In this document: positions 1 to 8,222 of the stretch, piece by piece | Position numbering within the stretch: position 1 is the first letter of the stretch | Layout: the number at the start of each line of letters is the position of its first letter | Source of the DNA: Candidatus Rariloculaceae bacterium | GTDB taxonomy: Bacteria; Pseudomonadota; Gammaproteobacteria; Steroidobacterales; Rariloculaceae | Reading direction: 5' to 3' | DNA length: 64,000 bases | Assembly: GCA_965204155.1 (NCBI GenBank) | Contig: OZ241971.1 | Coordinates: 128,100-192,099 of the forward strand | Position numbers and translations under genes: made by a program | The notes under the pieces: generated by a model | The model's database searches: none | The model's input: the letters and a program-made list of their open reading frames with translations, nothing else | Told to the model about the DNA's origin: nothing

Positions 1-303
1 CAGGGCATATCGACGGCCGAATGGATCATGGCCGGCCCCTCCGGCTTCGGTTCCATGAAGTCCGTCACCACCCGGCTGCGGCCCGGGTACCTGCGCAAGA
101 ACGGCGTACCTTACAGCGACAGCACGGTCTTCACCGAGTACTGGGACGTTCATGTCCAGGACAACGGCGACCGGTACCTGGTCGTGACCAACACGGTGGA
201 GGACCCGGTCTATCTGCAGCTCCCGTGGATCACGGCCATCCACTTCAGGAAGGAAGACGATCGCGGCAGGTGGGACCCGACACCCTGCGACGCGCGGTTC
301 TGA
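1..303 (+). CDS. 3' end of a secreted WEG-module family protein; the gene starts upstream of the window
   Basis: Frame 1 is open from nt 1. The translation QGISTAEW...PGYLRKNGVPYSD...EDPVYLQLP...WDPTPC aligns with the C-terminal third of the 4932..5705(-) product (WQGHSAASW...PGYLRKNGVPYSGD...TDPANLTRP...WDPTPC). Confidence 0.65.
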   Translation, partial: QGISTAEWIMAGPSGFGSMKSVTTRLRPGYLRKNGVPYSDSTVFTEYWDVHVQDNGDRYLVVTNTVEDPVYLQLPWITAIHFRKEDDRGRWDPTPCDARF

Positions 304-324
304 CATCCTCAGGAGACAAAGCTG

Positions 325-1335
325 GTGACTCGAACAACTTTCGCTACGGCCCTGACAACCTGTTGCGCGCTGCTGATCGCGGCCGTTTCGGCCCAGTCCC
401 AGGTCCAGCTCACGGGCACGTACGAGGACCGCCTTTACGAGGACTACATCGAGCGCGGCCCCGGTTCGGACCTGGGCGACTACACCGGGATGCCGATGAC
501 CGACGAAGCCCGGGCCAAGGCGCTGAGCTACACGTCGAACATGCCCATGACCATCGAGCGGCAGTGCCTCTCGCAGGCGCCCTGGGTCGGACTCTACCGG
601 CCCCGGCTCTATCGGATCTGGAGCATCAATGACGAAACCGACGGCAGCGTCATCGCCTGGGTGGTGGCTGGCAACTATCTCAGGGACACGATCACGATCT
701 GGATGGACGGGCGCGAGCACCCGTCGGAAAACGCCTGGCACCCGTCCGGCGGATTCGCCACGGGCAAGTGGGAAGGCAATACGCTGACCGCGCGCATGAC
801 CCACGTGAAAACGGCCTGGATCAGGCGCGGCAACGGCATTCCCGGCAGCGATCGGACCACGTTCACGGTACACCTCACCCGCCACGGCGACCTGCTGACC
901 GTCACGGTTATCCAGGAGGACCCGATCTACCTGAGCGAGCCCCACGTCGTGAGCCGGGTCTGGCAGTACGAGCCCAATGGGCGGCAAGGCCCGGAGCGGA
1001 CGCAGTGCAATACGGCGAACGAGATCCCGTATCTCGAGGACAGCGGACTCGTGCCCCACTACCTGCCGGGAGAAAATCCGGAAGAAGACTTCATGGTCCG
1101 CACCTACAACATCCCGAAAGAGGCCGCGATGGGCTATGCCCATACGCTGTATCCGGAGTATCGCAACACCATTCGGGACAGCTACGTGCCGCCGGCCTCG
1201 TGCGGCCGCTACTGCTGCGGCTGGATCGAGCGGCAGGGGCTGCCGGGAGGCGCACCGAACCTGACCTGCAACGACGGTGGCTTTGCCGAACTCGGACCCC
1301 GAGGGCGCCGGCTGATTGAGGAGGCAACCGAATGA
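325..1335 (+). CDS. Secreted WEG-module protein of unknown function with a Cys-rich C-terminus
   Basis: GTG start 8 nt after an AGGAGA Shine-Dalgarno sequence. Signal-peptide-like N-terminus (ALLIAAVSAQSQ). Blocks IWMDGREHP...GFATGKWEGNTLTARMTH...EDPIYLSEP are shared with the N-terminal half of 6123..7967(-) and with the other WEG paralogs. Confidence 0.7.
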   Translation: MTRTTFATALTTCCALLIAAVSAQSQVQLTGTYEDRLYEDYIERGPGSDLGDYTGMPMTDEARAKALSYTSNMPMTIERQCLSQAPWVGLYRPRLYRIWSINDETDGSVIAWVVAGNYLRDTITIWMDGREHPSENAWHPSGGFATGKWEGNTLTARMTHVKTAWIRRGNGIPGSDRTTFTVHLTRHGDLLTVTVIQEDPIYLSEPHVVSRVWQYEPNGRQGPERTQCNTANEIPYLEDSGLVPHYLPGENPEEDFMVRTYNIPKEAAMGYAHTLYPEYRNTIRDSYVPPASCGRYCCGWIERQGLPGGAPNLTCNDGGFAELGPRGRRLIEEATE

Positions 1336-1793
1336 GAACAACTTTCCTGGCAGTCGCCGCGCCGGGCCGCGGGCCGGGCCGCAGTCCGTGGCACAAGATT
1401 TCGATGCAGGCGCTTTCCCTGGCAGGCGCCGCGCTGCTGATGGGCGCAGGAGCCTGGGGCCATCACTCGTTCGCCGCGGTTTATCTTGAAGATCAGGAGG
1501 TGACGATCGAAGGCCGCCTCGTGCAGTTCCTGTGGCGCAATCCGCATACCCTGGTGCACGTCATGGTCGAGCAGGAAGACGGCTCGAACGTGCGCTACGT
1601 GGTCGAATGGGGCTCGGCGACCCAGCTCGGCGCCACCGGGGTGACACAGGCAACGCTGCGGCCCGGCGACTACGTGGTGATCAACGGCAATCCCGGCCGC
1701 AACGTGGAGGACAACCGCGTGCGCCTGCTCAACTTCCTCAGGCCCTCCGACGGCCTGACCTGGGGTCTTCGCCCCGACGAGGTCTTCGACTGA
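1332..1793 (+). CDS. Small secreted HHS-module protein (probably the Pfam family named DUF6152; unverified)
   Basis: ATGA overlap with the stop of the upstream gene. A hydrophobic leader ends ...GAGAWG and is followed by HHSFAAVY...VTIEGRLVQFLWRNPH. An alternative ATG start lies at 1404. Paralogous to 1817..2215, 5712..6107 and the N-termini of 3159..4196 and 59582..60589. Confidence 0.75.
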   Translation: MRTTFLAVAAPGRGPGRSPWHKISMQALSLAGAALLMGAGAWGHHSFAAVYLEDQEVTIEGRLVQFLWRNPHTLVHVMVEQEDGSNVRYVVEWGSATQLGATGVTQATLRPGDYVVINGNPGRNVEDNRVRLLNFLRPSDGLTWGLRPDEVFD

Positions 1794-1816
1794 GGCCTGC
1801 CGGTCCCGGCGCGGTC

Positions 1817-2215
1817 TCAGAACCGCGAGGCCGGGATCACCGTGCCATCTTCCCGGACGATCTCGGGCGAGAACATCCCGTAGACACCCGTGGCCTTGGG
1901 CGGGTGCCCGGTAGCGATAATGGTTTCACCCGGCGTGAAAAACTCCGCCGACCAGCCCATCTTCTGAAGCCGAACGGCACCGGTGAACTCGATGATCCAT
2001 TCCTGTGTCTCGCCCTGCTCGTCGGTCACGTCCACGTAGAGGAACGGGTGGGGGTTCACGAACGTCCATTTCGTCACGACTCCATGGATTTCAACGGTCC
2101 TTTCCTGGTCGTAGAACGGCGCCGTGGAGTGGTGGGCACCGGCCGAACCCGTCAGGACCTGGTACCCTGCGGCGGCCGCGACGAGAGCCGGGAAGGCCAG
2201 GATGTTGCGTTTCAT
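1817..2215 (-). CDS. Small secreted HHS-module protein (DUF6152-like)
   Basis: Signal peptide MKRNILAFPALVAAAAG...SAGA followed by HHSTAPFYD...VEIHGVVTKWTFVNPH. Same architecture as the other HHS paralogs. Lies 28 nt downstream of the WEG gene 2244..3029. Confidence 0.8.
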   Translation of the reverse strand: MKRNILAFPALVAAAAGYQVLTGSAGAHHSTAPFYDQERTVEIHGVVTKWTFVNPHPFLYVDVTDEQGETQEWIIEFTGAVRLQKMGWSAEFFTPGETIIATGHPPKATGVYGMFSPEIVREDGTVIPASRF

Positions 2216-2243
2216 GCGTGCTTGCTCCCTGAATTCGCTCCGG

Positions 2244-3029
2244 TCAGCGAATCCCGTATTTCAAGTCTTCCTCGGGAATATACCGCAGAGGCGCTCGCGC
2301 CTGGGCGGGATCGCACGGCAGCCAATCCACCAATGGGGTGTCCGTCGGCTCGAACTGGTAGCTGAATCGAATGCGTTCGGACAGCATGAGCGGATCCTCC
2401 AGGACAACATCCACCGTGAGAACTTCACCGTCCCTGGAATAACGCTCGACCGTGCGCTTGGACGTTGACGAAGGTGCCATGGGAGACCTGTCGTTGATGC
2501 CGGCAGGATTGAATGCGTACCGGGTGGTCTCGACCAGGAGTTCGCCGTTCTCGTAGCGGCCGGTGGAATAACCCTGGATCGAGTAATCGTTGGCCGTGGG
2601 CTCCCGATGGCCATGCCCTTCAAGCCACACCGTGCGCCTCACGTCATCCTTCTCGAACCGGATGAACACGCGGTCCGCCTGTTGCTCGATGGAGAAATTG
2701 TACGGGTCGCCCAGAATCTGGGGAATGGTCACGGGAACACAGTCATACATCGGGTGCAGGGACTCGTCGAACGCTTCCTGCATTCCGATGCCCCTGGCAT
2801 TGAGCGGGAACTCGCGCGGACTGCCGAAGCCCCTTGCATCCGGTGCGAGTTCGTCCGGTCTGGCAAGTCGGATCCGCTGCCAGGCGGAGGAGAGGTCCGG
2901 AACCTCCGTAGCCTCCTCCTGAGCAGTAAGGTTGCCCGGGAGGGACGCGGCAAGAGCCATCGCAAGCGTCGCGACGGCACTGCCTGCAGTGACCCCTGGC
3001 AGCAAGGCGGGTTTCTCCGTGCAATACAT
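2244..3029 (-). CDS. Secreted WEG-module protein of unknown function
   Basis: Ala-rich leader. Blocks VWLEGHGH...GYSTGRYENGELLVETT...EDPLMLSER are homologous to the WEG blocks of the other paralogs. Co-oriented with the HHS gene and immediately upstream of it. Confidence 0.7.
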   Translation of the reverse strand: MYCTEKPALLPGVTAGSAVATLAMALAASLPGNLTAQEEATEVPDLSSAWQRIRLARPDELAPDARGFGSPREFPLNARGIGMQEAFDESLHPMYDCVPVTIPQILGDPYNFSIEQQADRVFIRFEKDDVRRTVWLEGHGHREPTANDYSIQGYSTGRYENGELLVETTRYAFNPAGINDRSPMAPSSTSKRTVERYSRDGEVLTVDVVLEDPLMLSERIRFSYQFEPTDTPLVDWLPCDPAQARAPLRYIPEEDLKYGIR

Positions 3030-3158
3030 GTTTTTCCCCGGGCGAATCGGTTAGCTGTCGATCAACCGATAGTATCAAACGTTCCGATTGTCGGGGCAGT
3101 GTCGGCGATTCGGGGTAAGATTTGAAGAGCCATCCAATTGAACCATCGGTGAAACCGT

Positions 3159-4196
3159 ATGAGACTGACTCTTGCTCTGACTACGGTCATGCTCCTTCCC
3201 TTCGCCGGACTTGCCCACCATTCGACCGGGGGATTCTACGACACGGGTACGACGATCGAGATCAGCGGAACCGTTACGGAAGTCTTCTGGCGCAATCCTC
3301 ACGTCGGCCTGACGATCGAAGTGGAAAACGACGCCGGCGCGACGGAGCTATGGGAGATCGAGGGCGGCGCCTGGAACACCGTGCAGCGGCGCGGAGTCAC
3401 GTCGCAGACCGTAGCAATCGGCGACATGATCAGGGTCGCCGGCAACCCAGCTACCCGCGGTGTGAAGGCCATCTGGACATCCCACATGCAGGTACCGAGT
3501 GGCGAAGAGTTCACGATTTCCGACCGCCCCGATCCGCCCCGCTGGACCGAACCGTCATCGCCGCCGACTGAGGTCTCCGCCGGCGCTACCGTGGCGGACG
3601 CAGAAGCCCCGAACGGCATATTCCGGGTCTGGAGTTCCGTACGCGGGTTTGGCGGTGGCATCGAGCCGCCCATACTCACGGCAGAGGCACAGGCGCTGAA
3701 AGACCGGTGGGATCAGGCCGTGGACGATCCGGGACTGCGCTGCGATGCGCCGGGAATGCCCAACGCGATCCTCAATCCCTATCCGATTCAGTTCATCGAC
3801 GAGGGCGACCGCATCCGCCTCCTGATCGAGGAGTGGGACGGCAATCGGGTGATCTACATGGATCCCGCGTCGACGCCGGCGGACCCGCCCGTCGATCGTC
3901 TCGGCCACTCCGTCGGCCGATGGGAAGGAAACACGCTGGTGGTCGAAATTGACCACCTGTCATGGCCTTACCTCGATGCGCAGGGTACGCCCATGAGCGA
4001 TGCCGTCACCATGGTCGAGCAATTCATACTTAGCGATGACGAGACGCGTATGAGTTATAAGGTCTCCGTCACCGATCCCGTGTACCTGACCGCACCCGCC
4101 GTATGGCAGAGATCCTACGCCTGGGTGCCGGGCGCCGAAGTCAAGCCCTTCGACTGCACGCTCAGGGAAACGGGCCGGAGCGTCTACGAAAACTGA
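3159..4196 (+). CDS. Secreted fusion protein: N-terminal HHS module plus C-terminal WEG module
   Basis: One continuous 345-aa ORF. Signal peptide ...PFAGLA is followed by HHSTGGFYD...ISGTVTEVFWRNPH (HHS module), a Pro-rich linker, then IYMDPA...GHSVGRWEGNTLVVEIDH...TDPVYLTAP (WEG module). Collinear paralog of 59582..60589(-). Confidence 0.8.
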   Translation: MRLTLALTTVMLLPFAGLAHHSTGGFYDTGTTIEISGTVTEVFWRNPHVGLTIEVENDAGATELWEIEGGAWNTVQRRGVTSQTVAIGDMIRVAGNPATRGVKAIWTSHMQVPSGEEFTISDRPDPPRWTEPSSPPTEVSAGATVADAEAPNGIFRVWSSVRGFGGGIEPPILTAEAQALKDRWDQAVDDPGLRCDAPGMPNAILNPYPIQFIDEGDRIRLLIEEWDGNRVIYMDPASTPADPPVDRLGHSVGRWEGNTLVVEIDHLSWPYLDAQGTPMSDAVTMVEQFILSDDETRMSYKVSVTDPVYLTAPAVWQRSYAWVPGAEVKPFDCTLRETGRSVYEN

Positions 4197-4272
4197 CTGT
4201 TTGCGGAGAAGCATTCGTCGCAAACTGCAGCGTGCATTGCGCAACTTTGCCGTGCGCTTCGAATATCCAGAA

Positions 4273-4572
4273 TCACGGCATGTACCTGTCGATATCCAAA
4301 GCCCCATGGAACACGCCAAGCACATCGATCCGATCCGATTCATCGCGTCGGAGGTAGGCGATTCGATAATGGCCATAGAGCAACACGCGAATTTCTCCTT
4401 CTTCCACAGTACGGTAGCGATAGCCGATATCGGGAAAGTCTCCAAGAACTTGCGCCTTATCGTAAATGCCGTTTACAACCCTGGCAGCGGCGTCGGGATT
4501 CTCCTGTGCGATGTAATCGAAGATGTCATGTAACCACTGTTCCGATTCGTGCGTCCACCTCAGCCGCGCCAT
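4273..4572 (-). CDS. Type II toxin, RelE/ParE superfamily
   Basis: 99-aa product with typical ParE/RelE size and C-terminal pattern (...IRVLLYGHYRIAYLRRDESDRIDVLGVFHGALD). Overlaps the upstream small gene by 13 nt. Local GC is visibly lower than the flanks. Confidence 0.8.
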   Translation of the reverse strand: MARLRWTHESEQWLHDIFDYIAQENPDAAARVVNGIYDKAQVLGDFPDIGYRYRTVEEGEIRVLLYGHYRIAYLRRDESDRIDVLGVFHGALDIDRYMP

Positions 4573-4745
4573 AACCTGATCCGCCGCGCTAATTCCCTGT
4601 CATCGATCACCCGATCGGCCCGGACATCCTCCATCCCTCTCGCAATCATCCGGTCGAAAGTCAGTGCCCGCATGATTTCCTCGTAGGATGCGTCCTCCGG
4701 TTGGGTCTCAACTACCTTTCTCATCAGTTCCTTTGCTGTGGACAT
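4560..4745 (-). CDS. Putative antitoxin partner of the RelE/ParE toxin
   Basis: 61-aa acidic protein directly upstream of the toxin gene and overlapping it, which is the canonical antitoxin-toxin order. The family was not identified from sequence alone. Confidence 0.6.
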   Translation of the reverse strand: MSTAKELMRKVVETQPEDASYEEIMRALTFDRMIARGMEDVRADRVIDDRELARRIRLWRG

Positions 4746-4931
4746 GCTCGGTTCCTCTGTTGAGATTCTGCACTCGTGCTATCACCTTCGCGTTCGGCAG
4801 AGAATGGCTCGTCGACGTCGACGAGAGCATCCATCCAGAACTGCCCTGCTCCGCGAAACCATGCGGATATGATGAAGCATATGCCATGCCGAGCTTGGCC
4901 GAAACCCAGATGGCTATGGCGCAGCGACAAT

Positions 4932-5705
4932 TCAGCGGGGATGGTCCACCCGGCAGGGGGTCGGGTCCCAGCCGCTGCCGTCGTCCACCTGCCTGAAGTG
5001 GTTCGTGACCGCGTAGGGTCGCGTCAGGTTGGCGGGGTCCGTGACGATGCTGGTGACGACCATCCAGCGATCGCCGTTGGGCTCGGTGAAGACGTCGAAG
5101 TGCTCTTCAAGTACCGCATCGCCGCTGTACGGCACGCCGTTCTTGCGCAGGTAGCCCGGCAGCATGTTGGTGGTGGTGACCTTGAGGTAACGGGCATCCT
5201 CGGCGCTGGATTGACTCAACCAGGACGCCGCCGAGTGTCCCTGCCATGAGGGCGGCCCGGCTTCGGTTTCGTCGAAGTGCAGCAGCCGGGTCTGCGTACC
5301 GGAGTCGATGTCGATCTGCAGCGTTTCGTCGTCGGCCCACTGGATGTGCAGCCGCCCCGGCAGGCGCATGATGGAGGCAGCGCCGTAACCCCGGCATTCG
5401 TTCCCGGCGTCGTCGCCGGGGTTCCAGGCATCGGCGTACTCGCGCGACTCGCCTGTCAACGGCAACATGCTGTAGTTGCCCTTCGGCGGCATCAGCATGC
5501 GCAGGTGCCAGTACTCGCTGACCACGGAAACCCAGTACCCCGTCAGGTCCTGGGCGGCGGCTTCGCGTCCGCTGCGGGGGTCGGGGGGTGGTGGAGGCCG
5601 GTCGAAGAACTGGGCAAGCGCATCGCTCGCACTGCCCAGCGTCAGGGTCAGGACGAGCAGGCAAACGGCGCCTTGCATTGAGCCACCCTGTGAACGGCCG
5701 GACAT
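4932..5705 (-). CDS. Secreted WEG-module protein (PGYLRKNGVPYS subtype)
   Basis: Signal peptide (AVCLLVLTLTLGSASDALAQ) and a poly-Pro stretch. The C-terminal part is homologous to 1..303 and more distantly to the other WEG modules. Starts 6 nt after the stop of the HHS gene 5712..6107. Confidence 0.7.
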   Translation of the reverse strand: MSGRSQGGSMQGAVCLLVLTLTLGSASDALAQFFDRPPPPPDPRSGREAAAQDLTGYWVSVVSEYWHLRMLMPPKGNYSMLPLTGESREYADAWNPGDDAGNECRGYGAASIMRLPGRLHIQWADDETLQIDIDSGTQTRLLHFDETEAGPPSWQGHSAASWLSQSSAEDARYLKVTTTNMLPGYLRKNGVPYSGDAVLEEHFDVFTEPNGDRWMVVTSIVTDPANLTRPYAVTNHFRQVDDGSGWDPTPCRVDHPR

Positions 5706-5711
5706 GGCCCG

Positions 5712-6107
5712 CTAGCGGACCCGGCCGCGCCAGGACCACCCGTCGCTGGGGCGCGTGACCTCGTGCAACAGCAGCCTGTTGTACCCGGAATCCCGCGGCG
5801 GAAGGCCGCTGGCCACGATCTGCTGACCGGGCAGCAACGTCGTTCGGGTCAGCCGCGCCTCGGACAACTGGTTGATGGAGGCCCACTCCAGCACCCAGGT
5901 TTCCACGCTCCCGTCGGCGCCGGTGACATCGACGCGAAGAAACGAATGCGGGTTGCGCCACACGAGTTCCTTGACCACCCCCTGGATCTCGATGGGATCG
6001 GAATCTTCGTCGTACGTGGCCTGGAACGAATGGTGCGTCCAGCCGGCGCTCGAAACCGCCAGCGCGGCAGCACCGCCGAGCAGTGTCCTCACATGCACTT
6101 GCGTCAT
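5712..6107 (-). CDS. Small secreted HHS-module protein (DUF6152-like)
   Basis: GAGGAGAG Shine-Dalgarno sequence upstream. Leader ...AVSSAGWT followed by HHSFQATYD...IEIQGVVKELVWRNPH. Lies 15 nt downstream of 6123..7967. Confidence 0.8.
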   Translation of the reverse strand: MTQVHVRTLLGGAAALAVSSAGWTHHSFQATYDEDSDPIEIQGVVKELVWRNPHSFLRVDVTGADGSVETWVLEWASINQLSEARLTRTTLLPGQQIVASGLPPRDSGYNRLLLHEVTRPSDGWSWRGRVR

Positions 6108-6122
6108 CGGATCTCTCCTCGG

Positions 6123-7967
6123 TTATCTCGCCAGGCTGTCGTAGGCAGCCCCGACGAACATGTCGGTGGTCCAGTCCCCGCTGTCGCTGCCATAGCGGGC
6201 ATCGTATCCCCACGTGGGCCCGGCGGCGATGATCGTCTCCCGCGTCATCCCGCTGTCGATCATGGCCAGGATCCGGTCGCGGATCACGCTCACCATGTCA
6301 CGGTAGTAGGCGACTTCCGCGTAGTCGGCGATGCGTCCCCGTCCGGGCACCACGAGCGTGCCGCCGGAGGAGTTCTCCGCCGGTGCAACGATGCTGATCA
6401 GGTAGTTCAGCGCATCCACAAGCGCCTGAATGCCACCGCCCGTGTCCGGGTCGATCCGCGGGAAGCGGGTCAGGTCGAGCAGATCGCCGGCGCTGACCAC
6501 GTCGGACTTTCGAAACAGCACCACGCTGTTGGAATCGCTGGTGCCCGGCCGATGGGTAATGACCACGGGTTCGTCGTTGAAGTGCAGCCGCTTCCATGGC
6601 GTGGAATAGGTATTGTCCGGCCATCCGCCCTCCGGCAGGGGCTCGCCGCCGTCGGGAGGCACGATCATTCGGGCAAATACGCTGAGATAGGCGATGACCG
6701 ACGCCTTGTCCCTGCCCAGCGCACCCTGGGGACCCTGGGCGTAAGTCTCGGCTCGCCAGGGAACCTGCTCCCCGGCTGCGGCGATCAAGTCGTTACCGCC
6801 GGTATGCTCCCGGGTGTGCGTGGTGTTGACGATGTACCGGATCGGGCCGTCGGAGATGGTGCGGATGGCCTCGAGCACTGCCTCGCTCATCGACTCGACC
6901 CCCGTATCCACCACCAGCACGCCGTCCTCGCCGGCCTGCACGGAGATGTTGGCGCCGGCGCCGAAAAGCGCAAACACATTACCCTGCACTGGCAGCACCT
7001 GAATCTCACCCGGCTCCGGCCCTCCCTCCAGTTCGACGCCCCATATGGGTTGGAGCCCGATCTCTTCCCCCTGCGGGCGCATGAACGGCGCGGCAGGGTC
7101 TGCGCCCGCCGGGTTGGTTTCCATGGCTGCCAGGTCGTCGACGTACCCGGGCAACATCGTGCTCGCGCCGCCGAGCTTCGCCTCGTAGGGCGTTTCGAAC
7201 TCGTCGACCCGGTCCGGGTCCAGCCCGGGCAGCGGACTCTGCCCCGGGAGGAAATGGGATACCGAACCGCGGGGGACGACGGTTTCGGTTGCCTCCTCGC
7301 AGGGGTATGGGGCCATGGGACGTTCGGGAGAGTCCACCCACATGTTGGCACTGCGAATATAGGGCTCCGCCAGATAAATGGGGTCGTACATGATCGTGGT
7401 GGCCTGAAGATAGTCGCCGATGCGCCTCCATCGCGTGCGCACCGTCGTGCGGTCGCTGCGCATCAAGCCGGTGCGCCGGATATAGGCCTCCTTGAGGTGG
7501 GTGGTGGTGGTGACCAGGACATCGCCCTCCCACTCGCCCGTGGTGAACCCGCTCCAGGTGTGCGGGGCGTTGGCCGGCGGATGGGGACGGCCGTCCAGCC
7601 AGATGAAGGTTTCCTGTTGCTCCATCTGAATGTGTCCGCGATAGGCGATGATCTGTTGCGTGGCCCGGTCGACGATGGGCAGGAAACGGATCTGGGAAAG
7701 CGGGCCGTCCAGAGAGTAGTCCCACGCGTGGGGCCGGCACACCCACTCGGCCGTGTCGAATTCCTCGGCGGACCAGCTATGGGCGCGCCTGCGTCCGTCG
7801 ACGCTCAATGGAATACCGGCCGCATCGCCGGTGTCACCGCTGCCATCCTGGTCGCGGGGCAACGGAACCCACATGCCGGTGATATCCATCTGCGCAACGG
7901 CCGGTGCAGTCCCGAGCACGCAAAGCAGCGCCCAGATGGTCAGCAGTGCGATTTTCCTTCTCAACAT
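6123..7967 (-). CDS. Secreted fusion protein: WEG module plus metallo-beta-lactamase-fold domain with a non-canonical metal motif
   Basis: Signal peptide (LLTIWALLCVLGTAPAVAQ). The N-terminal half is homologous to 325..1335 (IWLDGRPHP...GFTTGEWEGDVLVTTTTH...YDPIYLAEP). The C-terminal half has an MBL-like layout (VLVVDTG...IVNTTHTREHTGGN...HRPGTSDSN...SAGDLL). Confidence 0.75.
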   Translation of the reverse strand: MLRRKIALLTIWALLCVLGTAPAVAQMDITGMWVPLPRDQDGSGDTGDAAGIPLSVDGRRRAHSWSAEEFDTAEWVCRPHAWDYSLDGPLSQIRFLPIVDRATQQIIAYRGHIQMEQQETFIWLDGRPHPPANAPHTWSGFTTGEWEGDVLVTTTTHLKEAYIRRTGLMRSDRTTVRTRWRRIGDYLQATTIMYDPIYLAEPYIRSANMWVDSPERPMAPYPCEEATETVVPRGSVSHFLPGQSPLPGLDPDRVDEFETPYEAKLGGASTMLPGYVDDLAAMETNPAGADPAAPFMRPQGEEIGLQPIWGVELEGGPEPGEIQVLPVQGNVFALFGAGANISVQAGEDGVLVVDTGVESMSEAVLEAIRTISDGPIRYIVNTTHTREHTGGNDLIAAAGEQVPWRAETYAQGPQGALGRDKASVIAYLSVFARMIVPPDGGEPLPEGGWPDNTYSTPWKRLHFNDEPVVITHRPGTSDSNSVVLFRKSDVVSAGDLLDLTRFPRIDPDTGGGIQALVDALNYLISIVAPAENSSGGTLVVPGRGRIADYAEVAYYRDMVSVIRDRILAMIDSGMTRETIIAAGPTWGYDARYGSDSGDWTTDMFVGAAYDSLAR

Positions 7968-8222
7968 GGCAGGTGGACTCAGCTAGTGAATTCCTTACCC
8001 GTTATGCATTATGTATGGTGACCGGCAATCCGAATTCCGATATGTCGCAGCATAAGCATCTCAGAATATGAACATTATTGCTGAAAGAAGTGTTGAGGAT
8101 TGGTTTACTCTCCATGAAAAGATCGCAATTCTACTGTTTGCGATGACTGGTAGAGTCGGCCCGCACCGTGGTCGAATCGCTGTAGTAAACTCTGCCGCCA
8201 CACGGGTGGGCATGCCACAGGG

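Noticed and set aside
5763-8021. 752-aa plus-strand ORF
   Set aside because: It lies entirely antisense to the well-supported minus-strand genes 5712..6107 and 6123..7967. The translation is Arg/Gly/Pro/His-rich with no recognisable motif. Long antisense ORFs are expected in high-GC DNA.
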